From an uncultured Chryseobacterium sp. (lineage in GTDB: Bacteria > Bacteroidota > Bacteroidia > Flavobacteriales > Weeksellaceae), in the NCBI GenBank assembly GCA_963518055.1, contig CAUQIC010000023.1:35-64034 (forward strand): a stretch of DNA of 64,000 nt, in the 5' to 3' direction. The notes beneath the pieces were generated by a model that saw nothing but the letters and a program-made list of their open reading frames with translations, was not told where the DNA came from and searched no databases. Positions 20,652-31,292 of this stretch are shown in pieces. How positions within the stretch are numbered: position 1 is the first letter of the stretch; every line of letters starts with the position of its first letter. A program made the translations under genes and the position numbers.

Positions 20652-20655
20652 CTTG

Positions 20656-20740
20656 CGGAGAGTGAGGGATTCGAACCCCCGGACCTGTTACAGTCAACAG
20701 TTTTCAAGACTGCCGCAATCGACCACTCTGCCAACTCTCC
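20656..20740 (-). tRNA. tRNA-Ser(TGA), copy 2
   Basis: 85 nt identical to 11650..11734. Confidence 0.97.
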
Positions 20741-20773
20741 TGAAGCGCGACTGTATCGTCGTTTTCAGTGGTG

Positions 20774-20781
20774 CAAATATA
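20774..20781 (-). promoter_or_regulatory. tRNA promoter -7 element (TATATTTG)
   Basis: Same context as copy 1 (GTTTTCAGTGGTGCAAATATAGAAA on the + strand). Confidence 0.7.
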
Positions 20782-20954
20782 GAAATATTTTTAATACTGA
20801 CAAAATATTTTTTCACCAAAATTGAAATTCGTCTCGGGATATAATAAAGACTTATATTTCCGAAGGAACAGGAAAGACCGTTAACAACTGATTATAAGAA
20901 ACTTAAAAACAATTCAGATTTATTAAATCATAGGAAAATCTAAAAGAATACATT

Positions 20955-21449
20955 TTAATCATAATAATACTCCGTAGTCATATCACCTCTAAAGTCAGGC
21001 TTAATTTCTTGTTTTTGTATATTCAATTCAAATAAACGCTCCCCATCTTTTCTTCCGACTCGTATTTTTAATAAAAACCATCCGTTTTCTAAGGGGAGAG
21101 TTATACTATTTTCTTCGTTGATTAATGTTATATCTTTTAAATAACCAATTCCCGCTATCCGTAACTGATTATTTACTGTTTGAAATATCCAACCCTCAGA
21201 TTCTATGGCAACTTCGCTATGATCTAGTATATACTCCTCATTTAACGACACCTGAAATGAATAATAATCATTCTCCACCCCTATTATCGGAATAGCTATT
21301 CCAGATTTTGTTATTTCATCTCCATGTTCATTTTCTACAAAATATTTTAAAATGTTATTGCCCGGCAAATTGTGTTCCTGCAGATATCTTGTTAAAAGTT
21401 CCGGGCTGTAAATTACAAAGCCTTTAAGTTCTGAGAATATTTTTTTCAT
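20955..21449 (-). CDS. Hypothetical protein, candidate orphan immunity protein
   Basis: Acidic 164-aa ORF downstream of the Rhs-immunity pair, same strand. Confidence 0.55.
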   Translation of the reverse strand: MKKIFSELKGFVIYSPELLTRYLQEHNLPGNNILKYFVENEHGDEITKSGIAIPIIGVENDYYSFQVSLNEEYILDHSEVAIESEGWIFQTVNNQLRIAGIGYLKDITLINEENSITLPLENGWFLLKIRVGRKDGERLFELNIQKQEIKPDFRGDMTTEYYYD

Positions 21450-21650
21450 ATATATTTGATAAGATTGGTTTACATTACAACTACTGATCTAAAAGAAAGC
21501 GTTTATGAACAGTCCGTCAACTGAATTATTAATTAATACAGTAGTATGATCAGTATAAGTCAAAGTTCTATCATCTATTTACTCTTGTACTCCAAAAAAT
21601 CTCCTACATCAATTTCTGAATTCATTCCCTATGAAAAGCCTAGACTATCA

Positions 21651-22172
21651 CTATTTTACTTTAATCAAAGGAGCTTTATCATTATGAAAATCTGTTTTAA
21701 AAACTTTTTTACCTACCAGATCCTTCTGGTAAAAATAATTATTGTGAAGGGCAGAGCCCCCTTCTACTCCCATTCCAATAGATTCATCTTTTTTCAATTT
21801 ATTTTTAATTGCATTGAAAATTTTACTTGTATTTTTTTCGGGACTCTTTGAAAGCACTCTCAAGTTAATTCTTTCAATACTATCTTTTTTCTCACGTCCT
21901 CCTTCTCCTACAATGACAAATGGGGCAAAATTATCTTTATAAATAATGCTTTCATCCACTTCCTGATCTTCAGAGAAAATAAAAAATCCCAAATTCTTTT
22001 CCCTGTTATCATCTATTTTTTCTTTGAAGTTCCCTATATTCACTTTTTCAATAAAGAAATCTCCATTAGTCTTTTTGCTTTCAATATAAAAAGCACCCTT
22101 ATTCTTTTCTACAATTTCTTCTATGTATGGATAAAAATCCTTTAATGACATTACTAAATTTATATTTGACAT
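21651..22172 (-). CDS. Putative cognate immunity protein of the T6SS Rhs toxin
   Basis: Starts 15 bp after the Rhs stop; AT-rich; no signal peptide. Confidence 0.7.
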   Translation of the reverse strand: MSNINLVMSLKDFYPYIEEIVEKNKGAFYIESKKTNGDFFIEKVNIGNFKEKIDDNREKNLGFFIFSEDQEVDESIIYKDNFAPFVIVGEGGREKKDSIERINLRVLSKSPEKNTSKIFNAIKNKLKKDESIGMGVEGGSALHNNYFYQKDLVGKKVFKTDFHNDKAPLIKVK

Positions 22173-22187
22173 CTATTTATTATTTTT

Positions 22188-25100
22188 TTATCTATAAGCA
22201 GAATCTTTACCGTACCCTTCAAAGGTAACTTCATGTCCTGCATTTTTAACATCTTCTAACGCTAATCTTTCCCGTTTAATACCGGTTTTCTCATCTTCTA
22301 ATGTTCTTCCCACATTGATGTGATATTTTGTTTTGTCAGCCCTTTTAAAAGAGGCATCCATTCTTCTAGTAGGCTTATCACCTCCGTTAGTATCAATAGT
22401 GACTTCCGTCATAGAGCCTCCACCGATATGCTCTACGCCCGGCTTGGCAGACTCTCTTTTGATGATCTCGTCAATTTTAGCATTATGGTCCCCTGTTCCT
22501 TTACTTTTTGGTCCTGGCTTCTGGTAAGGAGTACCGTCTTTTTTAACTTTTCCGGACCATCTTTGTCCTGCTAAACCAAATACATCTATATAAATATTAG
22601 AATTATGAACATATGCATAAATATTAAGTCCTCCATCAATATTTATCGGATCTTTGCTAATGTATAATCCACTATTTACATCATAATATCTGAGCCTGTT
22701 GTAGCAAAGATCTACCTCCTCATCATAATATTGTCCCTGGTAACGGAAAGGCACGAAATTTCTAATTCCTTCTTCAAGTCTGATATCTCCATAAATACCC
22801 AATTCCCTTTGCCATACAAGTTCTCCTGTATTATTATAAGCCTGTTTTGGTGTTCCCAAATAATCACTGATAATAGTATAGGTTTCATGATTAATAATTT
22901 TTGCACATGGGGTAAATGTATCTTTCTCATACACCCATGTAATCACATTATCAACAGGTTCTTTTCCTACAATAACATTTCCGTCATTATCGATAACCGT
23001 TACAGGACTTTCCTCAAGATCATAGCTCCATTCATGCAAAAGATCATTACCATCCCAAATATACCGAGTTATTTGCTTTGTTCCAATTTTTGAGGTTCTC
23101 CTTCCTAACGCATCATATTCAAAACTGATTATTTTTCCGTTAGGCCGTTTCACCTGGGTTAACATGCCGTTTCCACTCCAGAAATAGGCCCAGTCTCCGA
23201 ATTCCCATTCGGGTTGTTGCATTTCTTCTGAAAAATCTTCGTTTACATTGGCTAAAACCCCTGCATCAGGGAGCTTTGGTATACTTAACCAATCGGAAGC
23301 AATATTCTTATAATAGGGATGATTATTGTTTTGTTTTTCATGATGCTCCGGTTTAACATTATTGATGGGACGCTTACTTTTTAAGACTAAATTTCCTTCG
23401 TCATCGTAATGATAAAACCAGTTTTTATCCCGCATAAGTTTCCCTCCTTTATCATAGATACGATCGTTTCTCTTTGCGCTTTCATAAACGCAGCCTGTTT
23501 CATCGGGGTTTTTGTATTGAATCTCCCCATTAGAGTATTCTGCAGCAACAAGACTTCCGAAAGCATCATAATCAAATTTGGTTCTTCCTCCCGTAATTCT
23601 ATCTAAAATCTGTAATAACCGGCTTTCTGATGTCCAATGGTAATCTTTATGGAGAGTTGTCGTTTTCTGTACTGTCACCTTCTGGCTTACTGGCATTCCG
23701 AGATGATCAAATTCAAAGGTACTTTCTATCCCTCCCGTCATTTCCCGGGATTGTATTTGTCCTTTATGACTGATATCAAGGGTCATCTGCCACGGCAAAT
23801 GAACATCTCTGGTTATTGCTGTCATCTTTTTCAGCTGCCCGAGATCATTGTAAGAATAGTCAATCTCTGCTCCCAGGCTGCTTTGCATACCCATCAGATT
23901 TCCCTGGCTGTCATACGCATACCGAATATGATGCTCATCTTGTTTTTCACCGGTGACCTGCCCCAATTTATTTCGTTGAAAAGCAACGCTGCTATTCTCA
24001 TTATCTGCTTTAATCAATAGTCCTGAGGTATCATACTGATAAGCCTCCCAGGTTCCATCAGGATAATGGGCCTGCGTTAATCTTCCTCCTAAATCATATT
24101 CATAAAAAATACTTTTCCCCTGAGAACTTCTTTTTTGGGTAACAAAACCGTCTTTATTTCTTACAAAAAACTTCTTCTGTCCATCAAAACCGGTCTCACC
24201 AATAATTTCATTATTATTGTTTCGTTCAAAATGATAAACTTCTCCTTTTTCATTGGTAATACTCATTAAATTCTCATAAGAATCATACCCAAAGGCTAAA
24301 GTTTCTTCTTTTTTAAGGGTTAGTGAATTTCGGCGAACCTGTCTTTTCAGGCTTCCCATTGGAGTATAACTCATCAACCATTCAGAACGCCCATCCGTTG
24401 CATATACAGGAAGATCATAGGCGTCATAACGTAGCTTTATGGGTAACTGTCCCTGCTCATTCACTTCTACAACCCTTCCCATTCTGTCTCTGTTCCAAAG
24501 CGTTCTGTTGAGAGGTCCCGGACTAAAAATCAGCAATCTTCCATATTCATCATACTTCCAATATTGCTCCTCTTCTATCGTATTAATCAACTGAGTGATT
24601 TGGCCTCTTTGATTGTATTCATAATGGGTGACAATATCCTGCCTTATACTCTTTTCAGGTAACTTTCCACCATCAGTATATTCATAATAGACACTTTCCT
24701 CAGAAGAATCGGTGTAGCTTATCAGTTTACCATCTTCATCATAACTCCATGTTTCCGAGGTCCCGGAAGGCGAAAATCGGGCAATAACCTGTCCGAATTC
24801 ATTATACTGATAATGGTACTCTTCTCCGTCAGGGTTATGAGAAATCACAATATTCCCCATATCATCATAGGTATATCCCTGGACCCTTCCCTCAGGAGTC
24901 CCTATCATTTTTAATTCATTATAAGACGTATAATCATACCAGGTTTCCCCTCCTTCCCCATCTACTTTTTTGTAAACCAGATAATTTTCATCATAGAAGT
25001 ACTGTTCGGTTTTATTATTTTGTCTGGGATAAATAACTTCAGTATACCCTTCTTCTTCATCATAACGAAGCCATCCTTCCATAAATCCGTCGAGGCCCTT

Positions 25101-26918
25101 TGTATGGATGACTCTTCCTTTTTCATCATATTCCCAGTGATAGCTCATTCCATTTCGATTGGCTCTTCTCACCATTCGATTTTCACCATCATACTCAAAA
25201 ACGATGGCTTTTTTATGAATATCCCAAACGTGTGTAAGGTTTCCGCGTTCATCATAGCTATAACGAACCTGCAGATCTTTTTGGTTTTTATAACAATAAT
25301 AAACTTCCGATATCTTTTTAAGTTCAGGATGAAGAACTGTTTCTATACTGAAACCGCTTTTTACATCCTTAATACTTTTCAGAGCTATATTTCGGTCCTG
25401 ATAATCATATTCCCTGATGGTTCCATCACCATATTCGATATAAGCAACTTTGAAAATTATACCTTCGGTACTATGATGGAAGCGACGGTAGGTATACACG
25501 TCTGTCCCTTTACGAATAATCCAGGTTCTCTCATCCGGTCTGTATTGCCATATCTTCTGACTTCTATAATAGGTGGGTTCTTCGCCTACTTCCGGAAAAG
25601 GAACTGCCATAGGCTGCAGTTCTTCCGGATGGATCCATGCTGCAATCCTGTCTTCTTCATCCGGAACAATATAAAGATCATGGTTATTAAAAATATTATT
25701 TCCTAAAATTCCATTTTGGTAGGGTCTATCACTATACCAGGCATTCTCCCAGGATAAAGGTGTGCTTCCTTCTATCCTGAAATCTTCCCATTCAAAAAGC
25801 ATGGCTCCTGTCGCGAAATTCACCGGCTCCAGTCCTACTTTACATAATGCTTTTGAGACCGGATTCTTTTTTCCGAATTTCTTTTGTAAAAAGTGATTAA
25901 ATTTTGTAACTCCTTTTCCTATTTTTTTAGTTAAACTTCTCATCAGGAACATCCCTGCAAAACGCATCAACATTTCCCCCGGAGTATAAACATGAGGGAT
26001 AAAAGCTCCTCCAACCAACACAGGACCTCCTGTATTAATCTGAATATACATGCTTGAAAAGTTATTGTAAAAAGCAAAATAGGCAAGCGGATTTTTCTTG
26101 GGCTTATCAGGCATCGCAGGCAGCATCGTCATTCCGAAAGGAAGTCCCATGCAGGTAAGAACTTGCTGTGGCTGGTTTCCGCTCATCTCACTTCCCTGTG
26201 CTAAAACAGTTTGAGAACCATAATAGACTTCCCCCTCATGAGGAGCCTCCTGAAGAAAAGGAATGGTATAAACCGGAATCAGAGACGTGACATGTTTGAA
26301 GGGAATGATTACCCCCATCACACTGCTTGTCGTCGTTGCCTTGTGTCTTCCGTGGACATATATTGAGCCTCCCATAGGAATACTTTCCGGAAGATCCGGC
26401 TTCAAGTTCCTGATAAATTGTGGAATGGGAATCGTAAATTTAATATAATCCATCACATCAAAGACAATCCCGATAAACGGATGTGGCAATGGTAATGGAA
26501 TGAGCATGAATGACGGCGGTGGCGGGATCAATGTCCAATGAATATCAATCGCCAATACAATATCAAAATGCTTACTTGTATGCTGAATGGCTGTAGAAGA
26601 CAGTACAGGGGTATTCACTTTAATAAGTTTCACTTTACTTTCCGGTGCCCCCTTTTCTGCGGTAACAGAAGTATCACTTCCAGCACCTCCTCCACGAGCA
26701 TTTTTCGACTGCCCTTCCTCTCCACCTACAATAGACTTAGCCACAGAAACAGGATTCAGGGAATCAAAATTATTTTTCATCCCGTGTTTCCATCCCTGTG
26801 TTGTTTTATCCCAACTCACCGAGGTTATATCTGCATTAACCTTCCAGGAGCGGTCCGGGTTCATATTGGGTTTTGAGACTTTTATTGGCTTTACCGTCTT
26901 TTTATTTTGATCTGCCAT
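22188..26918 (-). CDS. T6SS Rhs effector: PAAR-like N-terminus, DUF6531-like domain, YD repeats, Rhs core, C-terminal toxin
   Basis: DIH..PHPF..GSQTV (PAAR-like); EPVNFATG; YD repeats; PFRYQGQYYDEE..YNRLRYYD..YISKDPI..GGLNIYAYV..IDVFGL. Confidence 0.92.
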   Translation of the reverse strand: MADQNKKTVKPIKVSKPNMNPDRSWKVNADITSVSWDKTTQGWKHGMKNNFDSLNPVSVAKSIVGGEEGQSKNARGGGAGSDTSVTAEKGAPESKVKLIKVNTPVLSSTAIQHTSKHFDIVLAIDIHWTLIPPPPSFMLIPLPLPHPFIGIVFDVMDYIKFTIPIPQFIRNLKPDLPESIPMGGSIYVHGRHKATTTSSVMGVIIPFKHVTSLIPVYTIPFLQEAPHEGEVYYGSQTVLAQGSEMSGNQPQQVLTCMGLPFGMTMLPAMPDKPKKNPLAYFAFYNNFSSMYIQINTGGPVLVGGAFIPHVYTPGEMLMRFAGMFLMRSLTKKIGKGVTKFNHFLQKKFGKKNPVSKALCKVGLEPVNFATGAMLFEWEDFRIEGSTPLSWENAWYSDRPYQNGILGNNIFNNHDLYIVPDEEDRIAAWIHPEELQPMAVPFPEVGEEPTYYRSQKIWQYRPDERTWIIRKGTDVYTYRRFHHSTEGIIFKVAYIEYGDGTIREYDYQDRNIALKSIKDVKSGFSIETVLHPELKKISEVYYCYKNQKDLQVRYSYDERGNLTHVWDIHKKAIVFEYDGENRMVRRANRNGMSYHWEYDEKGRVIHTKGLDGFMEGWLRYDEEEGYTEVIYPRQNNKTEQYFYDENYLVYKKVDGEGGETWYDYTSYNELKMIGTPEGRVQGYTYDDMGNIVISHNPDGEEYHYQYNEFGQVIARFSPSGTSETWSYDEDGKLISYTDSSEESVYYEYTDGGKLPEKSIRQDIVTHYEYNQRGQITQLINTIEEEQYWKYDEYGRLLIFSPGPLNRTLWNRDRMGRVVEVNEQGQLPIKLRYDAYDLPVYATDGRSEWLMSYTPMGSLKRQVRRNSLTLKKEETLAFGYDSYENLMSITNEKGEVYHFERNNNNEIIGETGFDGQKKFFVRNKDGFVTQKRSSQGKSIFYEYDLGGRLTQAHYPDGTWEAYQYDTSGLLIKADNENSSVAFQRNKLGQVTGEKQDEHHIRYAYDSQGNLMGMQSSLGAEIDYSYNDLGQLKKMTAITRDVHLPWQMTLDISHKGQIQSREMTGGIESTFEFDHLGMPVSQKVTVQKTTTLHKDYHWTSESRLLQILDRITGGRTKFDYDAFGSLVAAEYSNGEIQYKNPDETGCVYESAKRNDRIYDKGGKLMRDKNWFYHYDDEGNLVLKSKRPINNVKPEHHEKQNNNHPYYKNIASDWLSIPKLPDAGVLANVNEDFSEEMQQPEWEFGDWAYFWSGNGMLTQVKRPNGKIISFEYDALGRRTSKIGTKQITRYIWDGNDLLHEWSYDLEESPVTVIDNDGNVIVGKEPVDNVITWVYEKDTFTPCAKIINHETYTIISDYLGTPKQAYNNTGELVWQRELGIYGDIRLEEGIRNFVPFRYQGQYYDEEVDLCYNRLRYYDVNSGLYISKDPINIDGGLNIYAYVHNSNIYIDVFGLAGQRWSGKVKKDGTPYQKPGPKSKGTGDHNAKIDEIIKRESAKPGVEHIGGGSMTEVTIDTNGGDKPTRRMDASFKRADKTKYHINVGRTLEDEKTGIKRERLALEDVKNAGHEVTFEGYGKDSAYR

Positions 26919-26935
26919 GATACTTAAATTTGTGA

Positions 26936-28195
26936 TTAACCTGCTTTTGGTTTTTCTACACTCACCTTCCAGTCATCACCAAAATAATTTTTCATTTCGT
27001 CCTCGAGCCGCTTTTTTTTACTTGTATCTCCTTCATATTTAAGGATGAGCATCGAAGCGACAAACCTTATACTGCTTTGCTCCCGTGCTGGCGGCTCCAT
27101 TAATTTTGCAATGTCCAGGCATTTTTCAAAATACCTGATCATTTTCTCTTTTGTCAGAACAGTGTCATTTAATGTTCCGATGATTCTGTAGCATTCTATT
27201 GCCATTGCCGGCTCACCGATAGCCTGAGCTATTTCCGCAGCTTTTTCAAATGTCTGTTCTGCTTTGTTCTTTTTTGAAATCCCTAATAGATAACTCCCAA
27301 AGTTCATATACATCTGAACTTCTAAGGATGAATTGGGTTCTACTTCTTCAAAAATTGTTTTGTATGTATCTTCTGCTCTGTCTTTTTTTCGGTCTGCGAT
27401 ATAAGCTTGAGTTAGCATAAAGTAGGCAGAAATCTCTCCCTGCTTATTATTTTGCTCCTTAGCCAGTTTCACAGCTGTTTTTAACGCATGCTCTGCTTCT
27501 TTGAACCTCCCTTTACTTAAATGGTTACTTGCGATAAGGATTTGCTGCTGAAAATCCGTATCTGCACTATTTTTCTTTCTGTTGGTATGAGCAGCTGTAT
27601 TCTGCATCAGTTGGTGAATATCTACTTCTACTCTGAAACTCTGTGCCGATGAATTATGTGGTAACATTTTATAGGTATGATGCTCTGCCCAGACCAGTTT
27701 AATATCTTTATTTTCTGTTTTCTCACAGATGGCACACCATTCTTTCACCCATAAAGACAATTCTTCAATATCATTGATTCTCAGCGGAGCGATATAGAGA
27801 AAGATTTTAGAATCCCTGATACTGGAAAAATTTTTCTTTAATTCCAGTAAAGGATAAAAGGCTTTGTATGCATCGGTTTTGAACGTTCTATCCGGATGAT
27901 CTATTTTCCATTCCGGGATATTGTCTTCACTTTTCTCCAGCATCTCATAATACTCTTTCCATTCGTTCAGCAAAGTCTGCCCGAAAGAATTCATTCCGTT
28001 GAATTCCTGATAATGAAGTAAAAAGACATCTTCACCCTCTTCATCTTCAGACAGCTTTGACTTTAAAAAGCCATCAAACAGATCTGTTTCATGTTTTTCT
28101 CCCAAGCAGATCAGCATGGGTTTTTCTTCGTTTTTCGAAACAACTTTCTGCCATTGTCTTTTTAATTTTACTAACTCCAAATCTACCGGATTCAT
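26936..28195 (-). CDS. TPR-containing protein between vgrG and rhs (candidate adaptor/chaperone)
   Basis: Tightly coupled to both neighbours; helical TPR-like C-half. Confidence 0.65.
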   Translation of the reverse strand: MNPVDLELVKLKRQWQKVVSKNEEKPMLICLGEKHETDLFDGFLKSKLSEDEEGEDVFLLHYQEFNGMNSFGQTLLNEWKEYYEMLEKSEDNIPEWKIDHPDRTFKTDAYKAFYPLLELKKNFSSIRDSKIFLYIAPLRINDIEELSLWVKEWCAICEKTENKDIKLVWAEHHTYKMLPHNSSAQSFRVEVDIHQLMQNTAAHTNRKKNSADTDFQQQILIASNHLSKGRFKEAEHALKTAVKLAKEQNNKQGEISAYFMLTQAYIADRKKDRAEDTYKTIFEEVEPNSSLEVQMYMNFGSYLLGISKKNKAEQTFEKAAEIAQAIGEPAMAIECYRIIGTLNDTVLTKEKMIRYFEKCLDIAKLMEPPAREQSSIRFVASMLILKYEGDTSKKKRLEDEMKNYFGDDWKVSVEKPKAG

Positions 28196-28200
28196 CAGCG

Positions 28201-30363
28201 TTAATTCAGTTTTACGGTTCCACTTACGATATTGGTTTCACTTCCTCCTCCGATATTGATCTTTTTTCCACTCAAATTAGCTTCTGTTTCGCCCCCCATG
28301 GAGAGTGTTTTTGTTCCAACATCTAAAGTTTCAGATTTAATTCCGATTCCGGAAGTAGGGTCACCGTCTTCCGGCCCTACGCCAATTCCTATGCTTGTTG
28401 TTCCACCCACACCGATATTCTCCCCCTGTACAAAGATTTCTTTTCCTTTGATCTGAATATTTCCGTCTTTATCCATAAAAATAGAACTGTTTCCACAGGT
28501 CAATGTGATGGTTATTTTACTGTCAATAGCAATATTACCGGCTCCATCCAAAAAAACAGAGTTTTGGTCTTTATCTTTAACGGTTATTCCACCCCCGTCA
28601 TTGAGGCTTACGGTATGACCGCTTTTACTGCTTAAACTTTTAATATTATTGCCGGCTCCGCCTCCTCCGCCAACTCCGCCATGGAACATTCCTCCCATAA
28701 CGAAAGGTCGATCAGGGTTCTGGTGAGCAAAATTGACAACTACCTGATCTCCGACTTCGGGAATTGCCATAAACCCACGGTTCTTACTTACTTTTTCACT
28801 TCCACCTCCATCAGGAGTCATCACACGAATATATTCTGTAGTGGTAGAGCCATTTTGCCAGTCAAACTGAACTTTAACTCTTCCTTGATTTTTAGGGTCT
28901 GTATTGGAAATCACTTTTGCAAATTGGGCATCTGCTTTGGGGGTATTAAATTCCGGTCTCGGAATAAATCCTGTATCAGAAGCAATGGCTTCAAATGTTC
29001 CGGTATAGTATCCTCTGGCATCCACTTCATGATACATATCCGTAATCATCAGTTTTGTAAAATAAGTGGTCTCATTGCTTTCTGTTTTTCGCATTTCAAT
29101 ATCAGCAATACAGCCGGGATAAAGAAACGGAACGGTAGTCGTTCCTGAAATAACAAACACCTCTGAAGCCTTACTTCCGGCAGTCCCTTTTTGAGAATTT
29201 TCTACATCCATAAAAGAAACAGCTTTGATAGGAGCCACTCTTAAAGATGGTGTTGTAAAAGTCTTTTCCGAAATTTCATACGCCCTTTTGGCAATATTTG
29301 AAGTATGATTAATTTTTGAATTTCCAGTAGTTAATTTTTCATTTTTACTACTGTTGTATCCATAAAATGTAGGATTAACGTGCTGCGCTTTCATTCGGAT
29401 TTTCACATCACTCACACTACTGCCATAGGTTAGTTTTACAGGTTTTTCCTGTGGAGGAAGTTTTCCGAAATGAAGAACTTCTCCATCGTAATAAAACTGT
29501 TCTCCGTAAGCTTCTGCAATTCTTGCCAGATAATTATAGTGAGTTTCTTCATATTGGGAACTGTAAGATACATTTCCGTGGTTGGCATCTACTCTGAAAT
29601 CAAATGAATTCTGTCCTAATCCTTCTTTTATCACCTGATCAGCGATACTATTCAGGCTGATTTCCTGCGCTCCCCCAAAGCTTTGAATATGTGGTGCTGC
29701 ATCTAAAAGCACTGTGGGACTTGAGCCTGAAAGAACAATATTTCCCAAGCTTCCTTTTTCCTGGCTGAAACCGACTTCTGTGATAACTCCTACAAAGTTT
29801 CTTTCAGGGCCGTCCTCAACATCTTTATATCTGAAAATCACAGTAATTCTTTTTCCCAGAAAATTCTGGGCTTCTTCCAGATTATGGTTTTCAGCACTGC
29901 CCAGAGTATCATAAGCTAACATCAAATCAAATTCGTGATGTTTTACAGCACTTTGTTTTAATTTAAAATGTTTGAAATGTTTAATAACTTTGCCATCAAT
30001 TACAATTTCAAGTTTTATTACTCTGTTGATTCCGAGCACTTGATTCCCGGGAATTGTACTGGCATTGTATATTCCTGAAGTAGGCTGTTTAGACCATACT
30101 TTATCTTCTACTAAAGTGGGTGAATTCGGTTGCTTAACCTGATTCATAAACATTTGAGAACTGCCTTCTGCTATTCCCGAATAGGCTTGAGCCTCCGCAA
30201 CTTTCTCGGTAGCTTTCTTTACTGTTCCACTGGATTTTTCCTGTATTTCTTGACTAGCTTTGCTCACAGCCTCTCCTTTTATGACTTCCTGAGCATTATT
30301 TTTCACAGAAGAGATTCCATTTTTGGAAACAGGTATTTTGGGTGAATGATCATCCTGAAACAT
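28201..30363 (-). CDS. vgrG: T6SS spike protein VgrG/TssI
   Basis: QYEETHYNYLARIA; AKVISNTDPKNQGRVKVQFDW; IPEVGDQVVVNF..PDRPFVMG; likely start MFQDDH. Confidence 0.9.
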   Translation of the reverse strand: MFQDDHSPKIPVSKNGISSVKNNAQEVIKGEAVSKASQEIQEKSSGTVKKATEKVAEAQAYSGIAEGSSQMFMNQVKQPNSPTLVEDKVWSKQPTSGIYNASTIPGNQVLGINRVIKLEIVIDGKVIKHFKHFKLKQSAVKHHEFDLMLAYDTLGSAENHNLEEAQNFLGKRITVIFRYKDVEDGPERNFVGVITEVGFSQEKGSLGNIVLSGSSPTVLLDAAPHIQSFGGAQEISLNSIADQVIKEGLGQNSFDFRVDANHGNVSYSSQYEETHYNYLARIAEAYGEQFYYDGEVLHFGKLPPQEKPVKLTYGSSVSDVKIRMKAQHVNPTFYGYNSSKNEKLTTGNSKINHTSNIAKRAYEISEKTFTTPSLRVAPIKAVSFMDVENSQKGTAGSKASEVFVISGTTTVPFLYPGCIADIEMRKTESNETTYFTKLMITDMYHEVDARGYYTGTFEAIASDTGFIPRPEFNTPKADAQFAKVISNTDPKNQGRVKVQFDWQNGSTTTEYIRVMTPDGGGSEKVSKNRGFMAIPEVGDQVVVNFAHQNPDRPFVMGGMFHGGVGGGGGAGNNIKSLSSKSGHTVSLNDGGGITVKDKDQNSVFLDGAGNIAIDSKITITLTCGNSSIFMDKDGNIQIKGKEIFVQGENIGVGGTTSIGIGVGPEDGDPTSGIGIKSETLDVGTKTLSMGGETEANLSGKKINIGGGSETNIVSGTVKLN

Positions 30364-30588
30364 AATGGTATTATTTTGATAAATTGGTGTTATATTTTTA
30401 TATGCTGATAGATTTATCTGAAAAAAAATCAAATAAATCGCCCTCACCTATATTATCACAGTCATGAAATACAGGCAATTATGTCAAAATATATTATAAA
30501 AAACTAAAGTGATCATCAAAACAACAGACTCTAAGCATGTCATTCTGCATGGCACTATTTATGGGGATGATTTTAGATTTCAGTTACC

Positions 30589-30993
30589 CTATAAAGGCCA
30601 CAGACCATCATATTCTGAATTTCCGTAGTTGATTGTTTCCGCACTTACTATAAAACTGATTAACATGCTATTGCTATCAACGGCATCAAAATCAATTTCA
30701 TGCTGGATTACATATCCGTTTTTCCAATGTAAGGTTATCAATGTTCCTTCTTCATGGGATTTATTGAATGTAATCTCTCCGCTTGTAGGTTTGTATTTAC
30801 CATTGAGCAGGCTTTCAAGAATATCAGATTTTTCAGTGGCTTCTACTGTAAGCTTGATCAATGCATTGGAAGGGTCTGAAGCCACACGTCCTGATACATC
30901 GATGGCTCTGGATACGGTATAGTTAAGTTTCAATAATTTTTGTTCTTCTCCTCCGTTGAATTTTAAGATTCCTCTTGAGTTTTTTTCAGCCAT
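30589..30993 (-). CDS. tssD: Bacteroidota T6SS tube protein TssD (Hcp)
   Basis: 134 aa; DVSGRVAS..IKLTVEAT..SGEITF..ISFIVSAETI; directly upstream of vgrG. Confidence 0.85.
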   Translation of the reverse strand: MAEKNSRGILKFNGGEEQKLLKLNYTVSRAIDVSGRVASDPSNALIKLTVEATEKSDILESLLNGKYKPTSGEITFNKSHEEGTLITLHWKNGYVIQHEIDFDAVDSNSMLISFIVSAETINYGNSEYDGLWPL

Positions 30994-31046
30994 GATGAGT
31001 ACATTTTAATCGTTAATAATATTTTGTAATTGGGGTGATTGTCTTA

Positions 31047-31054
31047 CAAAGATA
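31047..31054 (-). promoter_or_regulatory. -7 element (TATCTTTG) for tssD
   Basis: TAnnTTTG match 54 bp upstream of the start. Confidence 0.55.
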
Positions 31055-31292
31055 AAACGGTTCCGTCTATTCAAAAAATATTAAAGCATCAATCTGAAAA
31101 TTTGTAGTAGTTCTACGACTTTTAAAAAAAGCACCGGTTTACCAAAGAGTAAAAATTAAAATTAAAAAACTGTATATCAACCAATTAAAACAAAACACCA
31201 TAAAAGAAAAAATATATATATTTTACACTAAAAGGAGAAATAAAGAAGAATCTATCTCATTTTTTATTCTGCATTTTGGTTAACTCATTCTG

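Noticed and set aside
25020..25706. 228-aa antisense ORF inside the Rhs gene, and similar shadow ORFs in vgrG, the aminopeptidase and the giant Rhs
   Set aside because: Lie opposite well-supported genes and show no recognisable motifs.
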